Source: Klebsormidium nitens (lineage: Eukaryota; Plantae; Klebsormidiophyceae). Taken from it: a stretch of DNA of 64,000 nucleotides. Positions 60,001 to 64,000 of the stretch are shown here, in pieces. Position numbers and translations under genes: made by a program. Each line of letters begins with the position of its first letter. Positions within the stretch are counted from its first letter, which is position 1. Location of the stretch: positions 69,542 through 133,541 of the forward strand of contig DF237180.1 in NCBI GenBank assembly GCA_000708835.1, read 5' to 3'. The notes under the pieces were generated by a model. That model had not been told where the DNA came from. It saw only the letters and a list, made by a program, of their open reading frames with translations, and made no database searches.

Positions 60001-60543
60001 TGAACGTTTTCAACGTAGCAGCCCTTTTAATGTTGCATAAAGAAGACTCCATTGCCAGCTCAGAAGCATGTCACAAGGTGATCCAGGTTGTTTGTCCTCT
60101 CTTTTAGCTGATCTTGCTGCCTTGAGGGTCAACGCTCACACCAGCTTTGATCGGGGACATACGTATCCTTTCCAAGGGTCGCCTTCACAAGAAGAGAACA
60201 CTCATGTATTGGGCTTTAAGGGCTTTGGAATGAGACCTTTTTAGTGGTTGTTCAGACACCTATTCCAGACCCGCCCTTGAAGGTGCAAGATGGTTGCAAG
60301 AATTGGCATCGCGCTCAACTCCCCCATGGGGGATTGCTAGCCTCTTGGTTGAGAACTCCTGACAGACTAAAGTGCCCATACTTCCAACAAATGAATCTTT
60401 CAGTCTTCAATGAAGGGTCAGCAGCATACACCACCACAAACTTTACGTGTAGGGTGCCTTACATCAACAAGGAAGAGCACCTCCTCAGTGACCACGGCAG
60501 CATTTGCTGTTGAAGCTGGCGCAGTCTCTGTAGGCTGGCCCAT
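57078..60543 (-). CDS. YAR1-like ankyrin-repeat protein with an acidic tail, 6 exons, 172 aa
   Basis: Exons 60543-60463, 59976-59889, 59171-59107, 58767-58699, 58068-58019, 57243-57078 (519 nt). SARYGDVEDV...GRTALHMAAANGHENVVQLLLEKGANVNAANQEGNTPLHWAALNHHLQVVKRLLEAGA...RTPVDEA, ending in an E/D-rich tail. Confidence 0.9.
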
Positions 60544-61206
60544 CTCTTTCTTTCCTTCTTCAAAGCCTTTGGGAAGGCAACAACAGTGGACTTTGAAGGC
60601 TCTTCTTTGTACAGCAAGCGCCACAGATGCTCCAATCAGCCTGTTCTTCGATCGCTGCTGGACAACTTGAGAGAGAAACGGCTCCTCCAGGGGCACAATC
60701 TGCTCAACACCCGTCTGAAAAACCAGGGGAAAGCCTTGAGATGCTTGGAATTGAAAGCAGCAACAAGAGCAGCAAGCCCACCCGTGTACCACCCCTAGAC
60801 CTTGAAGTTCTGCAATGCATAGCCTGCTTGCTGCCAGTGCTTCATGCGCGTTTTGAGGACCTTTGACGAAGTGGTTTGTTTGTGTGGGTAATGCATGTGT
60901 TGTTTTTTGCAAAAGACGGGTTCTAAAGAAACTTTCCATTGTATTCCATTGTATTATGGTCCTAAAAGCATTCCAGAACAGGGCTCCTATTGCTGTGTTT
61001 AATACAGGTGGGTAATATTACAGTGTCCAAATCTGTATCCAGCTGCTAGCTAGCGCTGAGCCAACCACTCGTCTGCTATATAATACTATCACTGTCAGTG
61101 TATGAAAGCAACTTTTTAGAAGCGCCTGGCCTTTGGTCCAGACGTGAGGGCGCTGCCAGCTTTGAAGAGGGGAGCAAGCGTAGTAACAAGGGCAGGATCT
61201 GCCATC

Positions 61207-62499
61207 ATGGCTACTTTGCGGACTGGCAAGAAATTTGACTATGAGAGGCTCAAACGCCAGGCGGCGCAGCTTCTTTTTGTCATTGTGATGTTCCAGTTCC
61301 CACTGTTCAGGTGAGTGTTATTAAGTAGAGCAGGGCGGATAGTCGCTGGGTTTACTTTTGATCTGCACCACTCTCATGCCTTACTCTGTGATCTATCTAA
61401 CTGGGAGGATCCATTGTGCAGAACATTTTGTTTATCTTAGCCACTGATGACACTCTCTGCATTGTCTGCTGAGGGGGCATCAGATAGTATCACATATATC
61501 GAACCCAGTTGACTCATTATGTAGACTTGTGGTGCTTCCACTTGGCAAAGAGTCAGCTAATACACCAATAGTCGTATGTTAGGACCCTTTGTAGTTTTCC
61601 TACCTCTGTCGTTTTCAAGTAGCGGGCTTGTTTATTGGTAAAATAATGGAGAATTTCTGATGTTTTGCAAAGCTTCAGAGCAGTTCAAAGATCCCAATCC
61701 TTTGAAAGTCAATCTTCACTCCGAAGTTTGTTCTATGATCCCAGAAGCAGCCTGACACGCCTTTGTTCCTCAGCAATCTTGAGTATTTTCTTACGCTAGA
61801 ATGTAGAAATCACAGGCTGCAGTTATGCTGCCCTTATGGGTATACTCAGCCCAATCAACTTTCAAACCATCCCCTTGCAGTGTCAAGTGCCGGAAAGGCA
61901 TCTGTAACAGCCCTCTCGAGATTGTGGCATCGGAGGTCATCCTGACAGCAGATCCTTACGGCAGCCACGTTGCCAAGGCCCTTCTGTTCCCAGGGGCGCT
62001 CGTTGCTGATGTCACGGAGCGCTTTGCCCCCATCGAGGGGCAGCCGGCTCCTGAATCGTTTCTTCCGGACTGGAACAGCCTTTTGGACCGATATGGATAC
62101 ACGAACCTGAACATCACGGACCCTGAACTGAACTCTCGCATGGAGTTCAATGCGGGAGCGAACCTGGTGGTGTTCGGGGCTCTTACAGGCCTGGTGCATG
62201 CCAATAAGATGGTGCTAATGGGGATGGCCTTGATGTCATACTTCTTTTACAAGGAGCAGGCATGGCTGCCCAAGGAGGGGGAGGAGCTTAGTCCGGAGAA
62301 GAGCTACATCTTTCTTTTGTATATCCCTTTTCTCGCGGTTTCGCTCTTCCCTGCGCTGGACGTTTTCGCTAAGCAACAGAAGGAGTTGCAAGAGAAAGCG
62401 GCAGTGGCGCAGAAGAAGGAAGCTGATAGAGAAGAGGCAGCATCCGCTTCAAAGAGCAAGTTGGGAAAGAAGGATGTGAAAGTCATCAAACGGAAGTAG
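61207..62499 (+). CDS. Conserved plant-type uncharacterised membrane protein, 2 exons, 240 aa
   Basis: Exons 61207-61310 and 61881-62499 (723 nt). QFPLFSVKCRKGICNSPLEI...VAKALLFPGA...PDWNSLL...GALTGLVH resembles a land-plant family I recall (QIPLFRVPCRSGMC...KALLYPGA); TM segments and a Lys-rich C-terminus. Confidence 0.75.
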
Positions 62500-63435
62500 C
62501 GCACCGCACAATATATGGGTATGGTAATTCTCGATTGAGCTATAAGCTACTATGTTCGGCTTGCTTGCTCGCTTTTGTATGTTTATCGTCTTGGCCCTTA
62601 TCTGATGCATCATGCTTTACTTGGCAGTTCGTGTGAGGCACCGTCAAGTCTGCTAGGCTTGCAGCCGTTGTGGTGGTCACTACTCGTCTACATAGCACGC
62701 CCCGCGTACCAAACCCGATGCTTTGATGACTTATTGTTGCCGCGCAACTCTTCACGTCCTCTCAGTCCTCTGCCCGACCAGTGAGTGACTCTGTGGCCGC
62801 CTCAGAGCCTTACTAGCTGCCGTTCAGCTCTGCCATGCAATACGGTCTCGGCATTCAAGCTCCGTTTGCTTTGGCTAAGTTGCATCCTCGCTTCCATGGT
62901 CTCTTTCCGATTGAAGAGCGTTTGCAAGCCCCCATGACGTCGAAACAGTGTGCATGAGGTATGTGGCGCCTTTCTCCGTTCGATCCGTCGCCCGCTTTCT
63001 GCGCTTCAATGGCTAGAGCTCAGTTGGCTAGAGTGCAGTTCGAATGATACAACTGCCGCGTGCCCTCCCGCTGTGGTCGGTGCGAAGGTCCGCGGGTCAC
63101 TCAATTCCCGTAGTTTGCAACTTCAATGTCTGGACGGAGGGATTGGCCTGCCTCCTTTCAAAAAGCCTTCAAGTACAGTGCCCGGCTGCGGGGAGAATCT
63201 TCCCTAGCCGGCGCAGAAAGAACCCGATAACCGAAGTCACCACTAGCTCGATCATAGGCCGGGTATCCTGACTGACATGTCCAATTAAACCCCCAAAAGG
63301 ACAACTCGAATGTATAATAATCTTATTTCACAAGCTGAAAAGCGACCGTTTTATCGGTACGGGTACAAGTTCCTCGGTAGTTAGATTTGTGAGCCGTAGA
63401 AGCAATTCTATGTGAATTGAAGCAAGGCGAGTCTG

Positions 63436-63436
<1 letters not shown>

Positions 63437-63468
<32 letters not shown>

Positions 63469-63476
63469 TTCTCTCT
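63437..63476. repeat. (CT)12 microsatellite plus an imperfect CT extension
   Basis: Read directly from the sequence. Confidence 0.95.
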
Positions 63477-63858
63477 TACAGAGTCTGGGCTGTTCCGCCC
63501 AGATTAATAGCGCTTGCCCAACGGAATTCCGTTCCGGCTTGCTGATTCTGATGATTCCCCAGCGCTGCTTCAGTTTGTTTTTGCCCGTACGGTCTGGGCC
63601 CCCCACACGGACTCGCAGCTAAATCATAACCTGAGCACTGACTTAACCAGGGGCTCTAGCCCTGCCGGTTGGTCTCCGATTTGGTTGGACCGTCAAGGAC
63701 TCGGGGGCTCTGCACCAGGACATTGTCCCGGCCTTCCCCTCTCGTATATCGGGGCGGGAGTCCTGGTTCTTAGACCGGGTTGGATTTCTTTCTGGTTCGA
63801 CCACTGAGTGGCCGGGGTAATACTCTTGGTGTTCCATGCATGACCGCTGATCGAGAAG

Positions 63859-63903
63859 ATGGCGTATACGCGTATGCCGACAGAGCGGGTTCAAGGAGAA
63901 TCG
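63859..63903 (+). CDS. Possible first coding exon (MAYTRMPTERVQGES) of a gene continuing beyond the window
   Basis: ATG in AAGATGG context followed by a G|GTAATT donor, downstream of a CT-rich tract. No homology recognised; an overlapping minus-strand ORF (63770-63988) is an equally weak alternative. Confidence 0.2.
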
Positions 63904-64000
63904 GTAATTTCAGGACCGGGGCCGGGGACGCTGTTGGAAGCGGTGACGTGGCGAGGTTCAGGATTTTGACCGGGGCCTTCCCATTCATGATTGGCCCGAT

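Noticed and set aside
1-64000. tRNA, rRNA, CRISPR arrays, and autonomous transposase or retroelement ORFs
   Set aside because: None recognised. The echo repeats are exon-derived and lack constant repeat/unique spacer organisation.

Overview
Intron-rich eukaryotic nuclear DNA with GC-rich exons and plant-type gene families. It is most consistent with a streptophyte alga such as Klebsormidium, which is an inference, not a database result. I spliced 11 genes by hand (GT/GC-AG boundaries, phase-checked): EAF1 (5'-partial, +), SUMO E2 SCE1/UBC9 (-, invisible in the ORF track), an ankyrin-BTB protein (+), a bacterial-type DUF429/RNase H-like protein with 3 introns (-), a steroleosin/HSD-like SDR (-), a KMO-like FAD monooxygenase (-), a DUF2306 membrane protein (-), an RDH-like SDR (+), a RhoGAP-globin gene (+), a YAR1-like ankyrin protein (-) and a conserved plant membrane protein (+). 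There is also a 590-bp PIF/Harbinger-type MITE. The standout is 48998-55204: a REN/PHGAP-type RhoGAP domain splices in frame into a complete 3/3 globin (E7 and F8 His, B12.2 and E15.0 introns), suggesting a haem-based O2/NO-sensing regulator of ROP GTPase. A second recurring pattern is decayed tandem copies of exon edges and splice sites inside at least five introns.
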